From NCBI RefSeq assembly GCF_026571515.1, contig NW_026862559.1, positions 1 to 64,000 of the forward strand: a stretch of DNA of 64,000 nucleotides. The letters are read 5' to 3'. Origin of the DNA: Ruditapes philippinarum. Lineage: Eukaryota. The notes beneath the pieces are model-generated. The model was not told where the DNA came from. It worked only from the letters and a program-made list of their open reading frames with translations, and made no database searches. Position numbers and translations under genes: made by a program. Positions 40,951-56,000 of this stretch are shown one piece after another. Every line of letters starts with the position of its first letter. The stretch's first letter is position 1.

Positions 40951-43004
40951 AGATTAAATTTGTAATTGTAGATATAATTAACATCATATCTACATATCGG
41001 ACCACTGTCTGTATTTACAAATAAAATTTTTGTTACATACCAGTATGGAGCAGCCCCTACCCCCAGAACACAAATTAATATGTTCTGGGCAGCAATAGCT
41101 AAATCATTATTGTGCCAACTTAGCGAGCCTGTCCAAAGATATGTGTATACCTGTGGGGCAGTTGCATACTAAAGCTTGCCTTGCCTAGTTCCACACTCAT
41201 AGACAATTCCTCGGCATTTCAATCCCATTTTATAAAGCGGCGATCTTTAATGCGATACAATGTACTTTATTTAATTATATCCATAGTAAATTAAATTTAT
41301 TTGTAAATTGTGTATCTTTTATGAATTTGAATATAGCAATGCGAACTTCACCATTTTTACTTATATGTAAGTTAGCTGTGACTAGACTTTCTGTAATTTT
41401 ATGACTTTTACTTGTTAATGTTAAATCGATGTTAACATGGCGATATTTCAATTACTGTTTCATAACACGGTCGGCGATAGTTAAATCATCGATTTCATAT
41501 TCGTTAATCAATTGTGTTATTCTTTGTGCATATGGCATTTTATATTGTTTTTATAGTTTTTTTTATTCAGACCTAGTGTCTGCTTTTCACCATAGTCATT
41601 TCATACCATGTCACCCGGAAGTGGCGTGAAATAAGCTGGTAGTTTTGCAATTGTATGGTTAAAATAAGTAGACCTATAATGTAGATAATGTTTATAAAAA
41701 AATAAATAAAAAATGAAAAAAATATAACTTAATTAATTGCATGGAGTACAATAGACGTAATCGTAACAAAGCAAACTACATGTATCAGCTGTTGAATTAA
41801 AAATAGAATATAATCAATGTCTAGGTTTGTCATAATTTTTTCTTTTTCAGCATTGATTAAACTTAAAATATTCTCCAAACATTATGTAAGAATTTACTAG
41901 GCCAAATGTTTGAACGTTCATCATAATTCGGTAAATATATTATCATTATTAATCTATCAAGCGCATGAAGAAATTGTCATCTTTTTTTACACTTGTTAAT
42001 AAAACATTAGATTTTCTTTTTTCTGCCATGCATTGCCTCTAAGTCAATACCCAATAGACGGCGGGCCTGCCCAGGTATAGCTGCGATATTGTAAAATCAA
42101 TAGAATAACGTGAATTTCAATCAAGCGCATCTTAAACAACGGTGCTGTCAATATATGTTTTAAGTAACTCTTTCCGGTATTCTACATGGTCTATACAAAT
42201 AAATAATTCTGTTTAAAAGTAAACCGCTTTGAGCGTACTATTATATTTAAACACAATTGCTATTTTTAGATAGTCATGTTCAAGCCGGGTAGATTTTAAG
42301 CGGATGTAAACAAAGCAATATTGATTCAATATCCGTTAATACACGGTCAAGTCTGATCGCGTAAAATCTTTTCAGTGAATTTCAATAATATTAATGCATA
42401 TATTATAGTTGGAATTTTAATGGTATAACATCACGCTGATTTTTGATCGCTTTTTTTATAAAAATGCACCGCGTGTTACACTTAACATCGACTTTGGGTA
42501 TATAATACATGTATATAACGGCTGTCGTCTGCTATATAAATATATAAATAGTAGACTATCAAATGGATTAATAAGGTAACTTCAGAAAGGTAGGTCATTT
42601 ATATGTATGATACATTGATAACTAAAATATACATTAAATCTGATATCATTTGGTTGGTAAATTTAAAACCTAGTTGAAATATAATACATTAAAATAGTGT
42701 TATATATCAAGTTATTTATGTATAATGTATTTATATTTCAAACTTAAACGAAAGAATTCTTATATAATTTCATTTTTATGGGAAAAAAAATAGAATTGCA
42801 CTCGTGCGATCATTGTATACATGTTGATAATATCACATGGGAACAAACAGCTCAATAGTAAGTATGTCTGCACAATAGTTTAAATTAGTACAGTAGTAAG
42901 TTCAGTTAGCTCAATAGTTAAGTTCAATATTTACAATTAGTTTAAGAGTAGCTTCATGTTTATATAAGCTTCAATATGTCAAGCACAATGGTACAGTACC
43001 TCAA

Positions 43005-43105
43005 CAGTCAGCGTCCTTGCACGCCTCGGTCCTCTGTGTTCGAATCCCGCTAGTAACTTTTGGATACTTTCATGTGAGGATGCCTCCCAGCAAGCTCACG
43101 GCAGA
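43005..43105 (+). mobile_element. tRNA/Meta-type SINE 5' fragment
   Basis: B box GTTCGAATCC followed by tttggatactttcatgtgaggatgcctcccagcaagctcacgg. Confidence 0.55.
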
Positions 43106-43219
43106 TTATATAAAACAAAAGGATAAGCTTTATTGTACTAACATTTGCCATAAATATGGAACAAAGCCAAAAGATCCGAACAGGTCGTTATTATGAGGCT
43201 GCTGTGATTAAGCTAGTAC

Positions 43220-43500
43220 TTGACTGATTGATTGATTGAATGATTGACTGACTGATTGACTGACTGATTGATTGAATAATTGTGTGATAAATTGATTGAA
43301 TGAGATTTCAACTGAGGTAATATTTGATTGATTAATTGATTGATTGACTCTTTCGGCTGCTTTATCTGTTTGATTGGTTGATATTGCAATTGATAATTTA
43401 TTAATTGTTGATTAAAAGTTTATTAATTGATTGATTGGTTGAATGGTTGGTTGATTGATTGATTGATCGATTGATTGATAGGTTGGTCGCTTGCTTGAAT
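43220..43500. repeat. Degenerate (GATT/GACT)n microsatellite
   Basis: Direct reading. Confidence 0.85.
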
Positions 43501-44020
43501 GAATGATCATTTAGTCATTTTTTTCATTTGTTTTCAGAGCAATTCGGAAACTAACGTTACACAATTTCCAATTTTAAGTGAGACAAATTCGTTACATATG
43601 GTTAATATACATGTATTTTATGACCTTTGTTTTTTATCGTCTGCTGTTGACATCCTTTACATATTACATACTTATTTCTTCTAGCAACAATGAAATATTT
43701 TAGTTTCTGTTTTTTTCGCGTTTTACTTAAGCAGAAAAGTTGAACAAAAAGTTGTAAATGGAGACCTGCGGATTGGTTGAACAGAAGAGAACAGAATAAA
43801 ACAGAAAAGAACAACATAAATATCTTTTAACAGGGCTATGATGGAAAAAGTAAGCAATATTTCTTATCGTCATGTTTTACTTTTTAAAATAATTCTTTTT
43901 ACATAATTATATATGTACTTTACAAAATTTTATTGACAAAAAAATCCACCAGGAAAGCAGTAGATCTATTTCAATTATAAGTTTGCAGAAAATTTCTGCG
44001 AGTTCTAACCGACATAGATT

Positions 44021-47000
44021 ATGACAACGAAAATGTCACGAAACTTAAAGGTACATTATGGCCCGAAAACGAATATATATTTCCATCTTTAGAAAGGGCA
44101 ACCATGAGTTTCAAAATGATTAAACTGATAAAACAATTATTTTAGAGCATGATAGATATTTATCTTCAGAAAAAAGTAGCACTGAGTATAAAATCACTTG
44201 ACATTATTGCATGATATTATATGGAAGTCAAAATATTACTTTGTTTACAATTTGCTTTACTTTGTCATTACCCATTAGGTTTTTAGTGTTTGTTGTTGCT
44301 GTTGTTGTTGTTGAAAAGGCCGTGTGTGAAGTAAAATACATACAACATTTTAATAGCTTTAATACAATTCTCCAGGTTGACAGAAACAAGCCGACGTTCT
44401 TTTTACAACTTCGTCTTCTGCTATGGAAAAATTGTATAACCAAAAGAAGACATCCGGTAAGTGTAGCTAAACTAATATCACTAATCCTTATAAACAATAA
44501 AAACTATCATATAGTTTCTAAAAGAATAAGGCAAGGCAATTCTTATTTGTTAAAAAATGACTGCTTGTGAGTGGATTTTGAACCACTATACCTTCCGCAG
44601 GCGTGGGTTGAATAATGTTGTCTTAGTTTGTAAATCACAGGTAAGGTAGAGAATTACCTGCAGTACATGTAGCTTATTATGTGATTAACTACCATGCTTC
44701 TAATTAATGACCTTAGTTGATGTTAGTTTTTTATGTTAAAAGTGTGTAATAGGCGTAAACGTTTTCAATGAATACAGATCCGCTTCAAATGTCCCTATAT
44801 AACGCTAGTTAGATATACATGTATTCAGCTTCAAAATTAAACCGCCTTATTAGCCCGGTAGTGCGGGGACAGGTGGAATTTGTTTAAATATCTTTTAAAA
44901 TAATGATGACCAGCATTGTTCACAGTATATAAACAATTCACCTTCTGTTATCGCAAGAAAGATGCAAGTTAAAATATATAGGCTCCCACATTGTGTACAC
45001 CGGTCTTACTGATATTTGATTCGATATTTGAGAGACCGGTGTGTATACAATATAGGCTCCCAAGTAAGGTACCGATATATAAGGTAGGATATATACAATA
45101 TATTAATGCCCAACGAACTGTCTTAAAGCATCATTTATTATTCATGAATATAATCGCTGTAGTGGGTCTCATAATTATGTATACTCATTGTCGCGCTGAT
45201 ATCCTAAATGGACTTGTCAATATTTCAATCCGTCATTTTTATGGAAATTTCGAAAAATACGTAGTGATTGGAACAATGTAGACCCTGAAAAGACATCGTA
45301 CAAAAAGTGACAAGGAACTGCATCTGTGTATTGCAAATCGATTATTTTTGATTGATAAGATCTTCATGCAAAACAAACCTGTATCTCTTGGGTAGTTAAA
45401 GGCAATGTTCATAAAATATTTATTACTTTACTGTTCTGTTTGAGAAAGTATATGGGCAAATACTCACGACACATTTTTAATGAAGTGAGCTACGAGCCAA
45501 AATTTTATGAAAATAATTTAAAATTCCTAAAATATACTTATAATTCTTTTAATGTTCTTCTATTTCAGATAATATTTCTTCTCGAAGTTTTCATACCCCT
45601 AACACTGTTTATTGTAATTCTGTGTATCCGCCGCACACAGGTAGCTTACCCAATCAACGAAGGTAAGATAAGATAACACTTGGATAAATAAAGCTCGTTT
45701 TCCGAACAAAATTTAGAAATTTTACTCATGGAGTCCTATTTACCATTTTGCTACAGTTAAACAAAATAAAAACTCTACTTGTGTGTGATTGCTCCAGCAC
45801 AACTTTTCAACAAAAGAAAAGAGCAAACAAACAAAACCAACAACCAGAACACAAAATTTAAACCAGCAAACGTACAAAAACAAATCAAGCTTTTGCTACA
45901 GTTACAGTGGTGCCGTTCTCGTCCATATACTTTAACACTAATCATCAATGGAAATCTTTCATCTTTTTGGACACATACACACTTTGGACAAGGCATTTAA
46001 GAATGTTAGATTGAATTTGACCCTAAACTTTGACATGGACATTCAATGTCAAATTAGGATATTCAATGTCAAATTATGTTATCTTACTCATTTAATGTCT
46101 GTTTATGGATCCGATTCATTCTTGTACAAAACAACACTTATGAAATCTTGTCGTTGTTTTTTTGGGTGTAAATTTGACCTTGACCTTGCTTTTGGTCGTC
46201 ATACAATGTCAAATTAAATTGAGCTTAATTTGCAATAAAAGTTGTTTTATTTCTGGATCTGACTTAATGTATACAAAACGACACTCAAGAAAAAACCGAC
46301 ATGTTGAAATGTCCACGTTTGACTAAGCTTGACTCAGAAAGGCCATCGGCAATTAAGGTTAAACTATTGAAATTTGCTTTTAAAATCGTGATTTTTGTAC
46401 AAAAATAAACATCAGTGAGACAACAGACATGTAAAATAATTCAAATTATGACCTTGACCTTTAACTGATTTTTATCATCAGGATAAGATATCGTAGAAAA
46501 AAGTGTATAACCTATTTGAAGAACTATTTTACGGTATTTTCTTATTTCGTTTCAGAACATTACTCACCGAAACCACTTCCCTCTGCGGGGATTATACCTG
46601 TTCTACAGGCATTCTGTGGCGATGACGCGAATGTATTCGAGAAAAACAACACCAGGTTGAAATTTTACTAATATAGCAAGATTTTACTCATACTTCCTAA
46701 ACGGATAGTTTTTCCAAATATGAATGAGTTACTTCCCCTTTTATATATAATCAGCCTCCATTTGTAAGTAGACTGATAGCACATTTTGTATTATAATGTG
46801 ATTTTTACCTGCTGTCTTTATCTTGAAGACGATTGAACTGAGTCTCTGCGTGATAGGGAAGTATAAGGGAAATTTGGTTAATTTAGTTTCATTTTGTTTT
46901 CTGTACCTTTCAATTTAAATAGATTCTAATTAAATTTTAAACTTTATTCATATTATCAAAATTATCCCCCCTTAATCAAGTCACATTGTAAATATATGTT

Positions 47001-50000
47001 TACATTAAGATAAACTTGCAGGGAAATTTTCAAATCAATTACAATGTTTAAATTCCTAAACATTCTTGAAGCTTTTTAGAAAATTTGACTTTCTTGTTAT
47101 GGGTATAGAGCGTTGTAGGGTATTATGAAAATCAAACTGCAGGCCAAGTACTGAGACTTTGAGAAAAGTAAAAATATTCAAGATAAAAGTAATAATTTCC
47201 ATGTTATGTGTGATTTATGACTGATTTGCATTATTTTTCACCATACTTCTACCATGTTATTAACGCCGTAAGGGTTATTTTGACCTCTTTTTTTGTTAAT
47301 AACATAGGTTGTATGTGAAAATTGTTTTCTCTGTTCACTTCACTTAGTACATTTTCAAAATGTCATGAAAATTAGCATTTATCTGGAGACCTGCTGCTTT
47401 AAGGGGGGAGAAAAGTTACCTTGTTTTAAGTGGTGTAGTTCCCTTCCAGCAGTTGTTTTGTATTGTTAAATATATTAAACAGTATGATATAATTATATAT
47501 CAGATAAGACGTAGCGACAAAATTATGGTATAACACAGCAAGTCCACCCAATAAATCAAAGATTAACTGATTTCATTTTCAACTTCCTACAGTTTCCATT
47601 TTAGGTTGGGATTGAGAGTTGGCAGAGTTCCAACATATAGTTTTTGTTCCTTACTGTGAAATGATTTAATCGAAACTTTAGTCACGTAGAATTCTCCACT
47701 ATTCCCTTTGGTGGAGGGTTAATTGAACTTCTGCACTTTTTGGGGAGGTTTGGTTAAACAATCCCTTGTTAAAAATAGGGCATATCTTTTACACAAATTC
47801 AGCAGGGAAAGCAAATATAATATTATAATTATATTGTATATGTTTCAGATTGTATACGTATTTTGAGAAATTTCATGAAGTGTTACAAAAGAATGGTGAT
47901 ACTTTGCAAAGTTTACCAACTGACTTTATAGATCAGTTATTGGGGAAACTTGTTCCTGACAGTGGTGTCCTTAATGTTTCACAGATTCTTCTTTTATCAA
48001 AAGGTAATCAGATTTTAAACATCTATTTTAAAAATAAACAACAAAAAATGGGGTGGGAGAGTTAAATGTCTAAACATATAAGAATAACTCAAACATTTTT
48101 TCTTTCATTCTTTAATTTGCAAGACATAAAAAGGACTCCAATGAGGTTTTTTGACATTGCAGAACTGTAAATAATTTTTTGAGGTTAATGATCTATTTGA
48201 TTCAGGTTAAGCCCAATATTTTGTATGCACAATTTCAGATCATGCACTCATTCCATTTATCCGGAATAATTAGTCCAATTGTGAAAAATGACCCAAATTG
48301 AAAAATGATGCAATTGGACTAAGAATAGCACAAAAAAAAATTAATTTGTTTCTCAAGTATATTTCTCAATCTTTTTGTTTTAAGTGCCCGTGCTGACCTA
48401 TGTAAGAAAACTTAGATTTAATGTTTTAAGCTCTTGGACTTTAGTGAAGTTCCTGTAAGATTTTAAATATTATTTTCACATTCTATAAATGATATATTTT
48501 ACTCATGATTTTTCAGAATTTCCCTTTAACTTGTTAATTGACAGTATAACAAGTTATGTTTCAAGCATACATGATTTGCCAAGTTCTGATGTTGACAAGT
48601 TGTGTAGCACAGATGATACAACTTCCTCACAATCTCTGGTAATTAATGGTTATTTACATATATATCTTTATTTAACACATGTATAGAATTATTCTGGTTT
48701 TAGTTTTGATACTGTTTAACCCTTCTTTTTCTTCCAGAACTTTAATCAAAGTGTATTTATCATATAATCTTTAACCAAATCTAAAGTAAAATAAAGAAAA
48801 GTTTCTGAAGCATCAGATGATATAAAATCCTCAGACAAGCAGATTGAACTGTAAGTGTTACAGTTGTACCTGTATCGTTGCCATCATTTAGCTATCATTG
48901 TCGAAGAGTTTTTTTATTGTTGGTTTTTTAGATGGATTGAATCAAAGTAAAGGTAACAAAAGATGGTTTAATATATACTGTCCTTATCTAACAGACACAA
49001 TTTAATCAGTGTCATCAATTTCCTTTCATTAATTCTGTTTTCGTTTCGCTTTTAAGGATCTCCAATTTTTATGCCCCTTTTTATGAGGAGAGGTAATAGA
49101 TATGCCTTTGTTCATCTGTCTCTTCTCCCAGGGGGGGGGGGGGGTAATAGTTATGCCTTTGTTCATCTGTCTCTCGTCTCAGGAGGAGGGGAGGTAATAG
49201 ATATGCCTTTGTTCATCTGTCTCTCCTCTCACGAGGAGGGGAGGTAATAGATATGCCTTTGTTCATCTGTCTCTCATCGTAGGAGGCGAGCTAATAGATA
49301 TGCTCTTGTTCATCTGTCTTTCCCCTACGAGGAGGTGAGGTAATAGATATGCACTTGTTCATCTGTCTTTCCCCTAGGAGTAGGGGAGGTAATAGATATA
49401 CCTTTGTTTATCTGTCTTTCCCCTTAGGAGAAGGGGAGGTAATAAATATACCCTTGTTCATCTGTCTTTTCCCTAGGAGAAAAGGAGGTAATAAATATGC
49501 CCTTGTTAATCTTTTTTCCCTTAGGAGAAGCGGAGGTAATAAATATGTCCTTGTTCATCTGTCTTTTCCCCAGGAGAAAGACAGGTAATAAATATGCCAT
49601 TGTTCATCTGTATTTCCCCTAGGAGGAGGGAAGGTAATAGATATGCTTTGTTCATCTGCCATTTCCCTAGGAGGAGGGGAGTTAATAGATATGCCCCTGT
49701 TCATCTGTCTTTCCCCTTAATAGAAGGGTAAGTAATAAATATGGCCGTGTTCATTAGTCTTTCCCCTAGGAGCAGGGGAGGAAATAATATGCCCTTGTTC
49801 ATCTGTCTTTCCCCTAGGAGGAGGGGAGGTATTAGATATGCCTTTGTTCATCTGTCTTTCCCCTAGGAGGAGGGGAAGTAACAAATATGCCCTTGTGTAT
49901 TTGTCTTTCCCCTTAGAAAAAAGGGAGGTAATAGTTATTCCCTTGTTCATCTGTTTTTCCCCTTAGGAGAAGGGGAGGTAATAAATATGCCCTTGTTCAT

Positions 50001-53000
50001 CTGTTTTCCCCTAGGAGGAAGGGAGGTAATAGATATGCCTTTGTTCATGTGTCTTTCCCCTAGGGAGGGGAGGTAATAAATATGCCTTTTTTCATCTGTC
50101 TATCCCCTAGGAGGAGGGGAGGTAATATATATGCCTTTGTTCATCTGTCTTTCCCCTAGGAGGAAGGGAGGTAATATACGTGGGTTGTCCCAATATTATG
50201 TGACAAGATTGTTTAAAAGCTAGATAAAACAGGTACGAATTTGATATTTTAATATGTTATAAACCCATATAATTTAAACATTTTCACAAATTTTCAAAGA
50301 AAAATATCAACAAACAACAAAAATATGCCATAAACACCGTGGCAACTAACTGAATCGCGGCTCACGTCCAACGTCAAAAACGGCGTTAAATCTATATAAG
50401 GCGCCTTTCTCAAATACTCTTAATGGCTTTCAACGCAATAATGATACCCATAAATCGTCAATTTCTGACTTAAATCATGTGGTTGTTAATGTCTGTTGAC
50501 TGTTTTGATGGCATACATTAATTTTTTCTATACGCAAACTTCCGGTCTCGTTACACCTGTTTTTAGCTGTAGGAAATAGGTGACGAAGATCGGTCTTCCT
50601 ATCCGTGTTTTCCTTATTTTCGCTTTTTGTAGCGCAACGCTCTGGTTCCGTTTATGCCTTTTGTACACAAGTGCTCAGGATATGTTGCTAAACTGTTCTA
50701 TTTGGTATATTTGTTTAAAATTGTAATATGTGTCATCTCGAAATAGTCATGGAACCTGAGTGACATGTTCACTGTGCCGCGAATTCTTCGAACGTCGCCA
50801 TTTTAACTTTCCTATTTCCTATGAGAAGTGTTCATTTACTTGTTCGTTTCTTAAGTTTTTTAATTAAAATTTTCTGAGTTGATGTAAACATAGCAGCAGA
50901 GGATGTCAACGTGTCTGTCTTTTCCCTAGGAGGAGGGGAGGTAATATATATGCCTTTGTTCATCTGTCTTTCCCCTTGGAGAAGGGGAGGTAATACATAT
51001 GCCCTTGTCCATCTGTCTTTCTCCTGAGGAGAAGGGTAGGTAATAAATATGCCCTTGTTCATCTGTCTATCCCCTAGGAGCAGGGGAGGTAATAATATGC
51101 CCTTGTTCATCTGTCTTTCCCCTAGGAGGAGGTGAGGTCATAAATATGCCCTTGTGTATCTGTCTTTCCCCTTAGGAAAAGGGGAGGTTATAGATATGCC
51201 CTTGTTCATCTGTCTTTTCCCCAGAAGGAGGGGAGGCAATATATATGCCTTTGTTCCCTAGGAGAAGGGGAGGTAATAAATATGCCCTTATTCATCTGTC
51301 TTTCCCCTAGGAGGAGGGAGGTAATAGATATGCCCTTGTTCACCTGTCTTTCCCCTTGAAAGGGAGGTAAAAGATATGCTCTTGTTCTTCTGTCTCGCTT
51401 TCACCTAACCTGCTGTCACACTGACTGTCTGTTCACTGACAAAACAAAGACTTGTTTGGACCGCTGTGTCCTCTATGTGTCTAGACACATTTCTAGTTAC
51501 ATCTTTAATAATTTCTATTTTGATTATGTTTCCTTATTGAATCAAGCATTAGTTGGTACATTCTGACCAGGCATAAAGTGTTTGCATCTCAATTTTTCTC
51601 TTTACTGAACTTGTCACATGTGACCTTAATTCATAAACGGACTGTTCTAAATTTAAAGCTCGGCAAGTCGATTATATAAATTCAGTAAGGTAAGGGGTAA
51701 ACCAATGTTTACATTTCTTTATTTCATATATAGCCAGAAACATCAAAAAAGAAGAAGATGAAACATTTCAATTCAATATGGCAGAATATTGAACCTCTAT
51801 TATGCGGAAAAAATAACGCTGTCGTCACAGACAACATAAACAACAACACTCGTCAAAATAACAGTGAAGTCCCTCCACATCAGGGTAAGATTTGTATCTT
51901 TTATACCCCGGTTAGTTCACAATGTGATGTCTGTAGGAAAAAGGGAGATGAATGGCTTAGGTGTTAGATAACTGTTTTATTTGCCTTTCTATAACTAAAG
52001 CATGCAATTGTCATTGATTATGTAACTGTTGTCCAGGGGTTATTGTTGTTGTGGGTTTTAATTGTAGACCCCACATATATAGTATACTAGATAGTACAGA
52101 GTTCAAAAAGTACTATGTAATATATAAGTATGTAGGGGAAAAAATCTGAGATTCTTTTAGTATAACTGGGTATCAAAAATTAATTTTGGGTACCATAAAT
52201 CATCTTTTGATGTGTCCGGTATATCCATCATCGGAACCTACGATACACTTTCCGAATATATTTATTTAATACTAGTATAAGGTAAAGAGCCTGGGTTACC
52301 GAGGATGAGGTATATCAAGTATATTTCAAGGTACATGAGGGCCCACAAGTAGAAACTGGAACAACAATAACTCAAACAGCCTTAGTTAAATAGATTAAAT
52401 AACCAAAGATTACAACATCCATGTTTATATAACTTTAAGTTATAATTATAACTTTGTCTTATATAATATCAATAAATATAACACCAACATTTAAAATTTG
52501 TGACCAAATAACAAGCATATTTTACTTTCTGTTATTTTAGATATGGAGAGTTTTGAGAAGAAGATAGAAATATTGACGCATATCTTGTACAACAATCCCA
52601 AAATCCTCTTTGCTCCAAATAATACACTTGCCAACAAAATTATACAAAAGGTGAATTACATAAGCATATGAAAACATGTTACTTTCATGAATAAATAAAT
52701 AAGCAAATAAAGTTAACAAACAGGCAAAAATTACAGATGCATGCTTTGGATGTTTTCCTTTTTTGTTTTGAATAATGGCTCCAAACTGGCTGCCACTTTT
52801 GTCAATGGAGGTAAATATTGTAAAGATCTGAAACTTATAATCTATTATTTTAGGTGAATTCAAGCATGGCAATGTACAGTAATATAACATACTATGCTGA
52901 ACAGTGGCAGAAGATGTCTGGAAATATTAGTAAACAGATTTATATCTTAAAGGTAACTAGTGCTAAATGTACATTTTTACAAAATGATGAAGTTTTGTTT

Positions 53001-56000
53001 TGTTGCTTTACCCCTTTTTTAACATGTTAATAAATACAAAAAAGGGTTGTGACTGGTTGCTCTAAAGCAGTGCCCCATACATCATTTCAGTGTAAAGTTT
53101 TGCCCAATACTTTATCTCAGTGTTAAATGGTGTCCCTTGCCTCATCTCAGTATAAAATGTGCCATATCCTTCATCTCAGTGTAAAATGTTGCCCCAAACT
53201 TCATCTTAGTGTAAAGGTTGCCTGATACTTCAATCAAAATCTGCAATTTACGTCTATGTAGGTTTAATTGCTTTCATTTTCCAGAATTTATTTTAGCATT
53301 GTGCCAGTCCTGTGTGATTTAAATATTTTATTTGACCTCTTTTTAGGTCTTTTGTTCCTCACGGATATTGAAATATATCAAAAGTACATATATAGCATGG
53401 TTTTAGGCTTAAATAGAGACTGGTAAAAACATAGAGGAATATTCCTCCTTTCTTAACCCCAAATTAGACAATTTATTAGTCTGTAATAACTTGAAATTTA
53501 TACAATGTTAAAGACACCCATGTACTGGGAAAAATATTTCAGAGTGGAGACATTGCTGGAATGGATAAGGAGGAAATTTCGACATTGAGTCAAGTGTTCT
53601 CATTTCTGGACAACATTGCCTGCGCTTGGCTAAACCTGGTGAAAGATGTAGATATGAACTTCTTCACTGGCTTCAGTTCTGAGGATGAACTAGAATATTA
53701 TTTCTTAAACAGACAGTTCCAGGATAATGTCACCGTTGTGGCAGGTTTGTTGTTTATTTTTGTGTCGCCTTAAAAAGGGCGACATATAGGGGTTAGTTAG
53801 GAGTACCCTTAGGCTTGTCCTGAGCATAACTCAGCCATATTGACAACAAACTTTGTATGTATGCTTCTTTTAATGTCCAGAAGTGCAGTGCACTAGATTC
53901 TTACCTTGTGCACTCCATATATTTTAGTGATTGCCCTTTGTTAATTTTCATACTTTAATTTTGCCCAGGCCATTTCTTCTAAATCATAAAAGCTATGGAC
54001 TTGAAACTTCATACGATGATAGATTTCATTAAGAAACAGTGCAATGCACAAGAACTGGTACTCTCTACTTCATGATTTTTTACTTATTGTTCTTTGTTAA
54101 TTTTCAAAGTTTTTTTTCCAGGCCATTTCTCTTACACTTTAAAATCTATTGACTTGAAACGGCATAGGATGAAGGATCTTTTTGAGAAGAAGTGCAGTAC
54201 ACAAGAACTTGTAAACTGCACTTCATGATCTTTTAAATATTGCCCTTTGTTAGTTTTCATACTTTATAGGCTTGTAAAGAGCATAACTTGGTCACTATAA
54301 GTTTGATTGACTCCAAATTTGGTAGGCAAGCTTTTTTCCCCATTGACCTGAAGTGCAGAGCTTAAGAATCCATCACAGAGCCCTCCATTTGATCTGTCAG
54401 TGTATAATTGTTCCATGGTATTTTTATTATTGATGATATAACAGTTTTATTAATCCTGACATTAAATTGTTACAATCAGTTCAAATGCCACTAAAGTTAA
54501 AGGTACATGTACATTGCAAAAGTAGTGTTTATAAATAACCTACAAAATGCCTATGTGACAGCTATATTGTTGACAAGTCGATACATCCGACTCGAGTTAT
54601 AATGGAAACTTAAACTTTATAGATAAGCAAATTTTAAATGAATCATGAGTCAAGAACAATAACTCACTTTTGCGTAATTTTGAGCAATTTGCCCTTGCAA
54701 GTTTTCATACTCAATTTTGCTGAGTTAGAACTTAAATTTATTATTACTTTTGAAACTCCATAGATGGATAGATATTATTACAAAAATATAGTACACAAGA
54801 ATCGCAACTCTCTTTTGCATAATTTTGGATTAATAACCATTTGTATTTTTTTTCATTCTTTTTTTTACTGTGGCATAATTCAAAAGTTATAAGTTTAATG
54901 AAACTTTATTGGGGGATAATCTCATTAAGAAGTGAAAAAGAAATTTATTTTGTATAATGTTGGAGTTATTGCTCTTTGTTATTTTTCATACTTAATTAGT
55001 TTGTCTAGAGCATGTGATGTTATGTTTATAATACCTTATAAAGCAGTGTAATTTATTAATATTTTATATACATGTATATATTTTTATCATTAGTAACTGA
55101 TTTTTCTATTGTTATATTTCAGGGCTGGTTTTCGAGAACTTTAATGATCACGTGTACACACTGCCGTCACATGTCCGCTATAAGATCAGACAAAACGCAA
55201 CATTAAATCCGGAAACCAACAAAATTAGACCACCATTCTGGTACCCGAGCCCCGGTTCAAATAATTTACTCTACTATGACTTTGGTTTTGTGTGGATACA
55301 GGTAAAAAAGTTAAAATTATTTTCTGGCATTTCCTTCTGAATGCTAGATGATATCATACTTTAATACAAATTTACCTATATTCAAGAGCTTTCCTTTTAA
55401 CCTATTAAAATTTGTCCTTGACCTTTAAGAGTCCTTGACATTCAAGGTAAAGAACCTTTAAGGTTTTTTTTTCTAAATTCCGGACATTTCAACACCTTTT
55501 TCAACACATTTTTGTTGACAATAATTGAGACAGAGTAATACGTCTCTTAAAGGGACTCCACTGAGATTTTTGATGTGATGAGGCTGAAAATAGTTTTTCA
55601 AGATTAATTTTCCATTTGATGTAGGTCTAGACCAATAACTTTTTTGCAAAATTTCAGATCATTTTCTCATTCTGTTTTTCCAAAATAATTATTCTTAATG
55701 TGCAAAATGACCAAAATTAAAAAGTTATGTCATGTTTTCACTCACTAAGAATAGCACGAAAATAGGCTTTCAAATTAATTTCTTTATATAATTTTAATTA
55801 TATTTTAAATATATTTTCAGTTTGCCCAAGCTTTCTATATAAGAAATTCAAATTTTCTGGTTTTAGGTTTTTGAATCCAAGTTGAGTTCCTTTAAGGTTA
55901 CAATTCTAATACTGGAATCATTGTAATCATATTTATTACTTTACATCCATACAGGACCTGGTAGAGAGAGCAATTATTGAGATACAGGTTGGGAAGCCGG

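Noticed and set aside
37990-43817. Short ORFs in the intergenic region (37990, 39742, 40491, 41429, 43499, 43602)
   Set aside because: They are low-complexity or AT-rich chance ORFs with no motifs or consistent splice structure.
48738-48850. Candidate extra ABCA exon (ttccag|AAC...GAACT|gtaagt)
   Set aside because: It has two in-frame TAA stops and an end phase incompatible with the next exon. Exon 48638 joins 51734 in phase without it.
49349-51110. ORFs 49349, 49717 and 50832
   Set aside because: They are translations of the 49-bp minisatellite.
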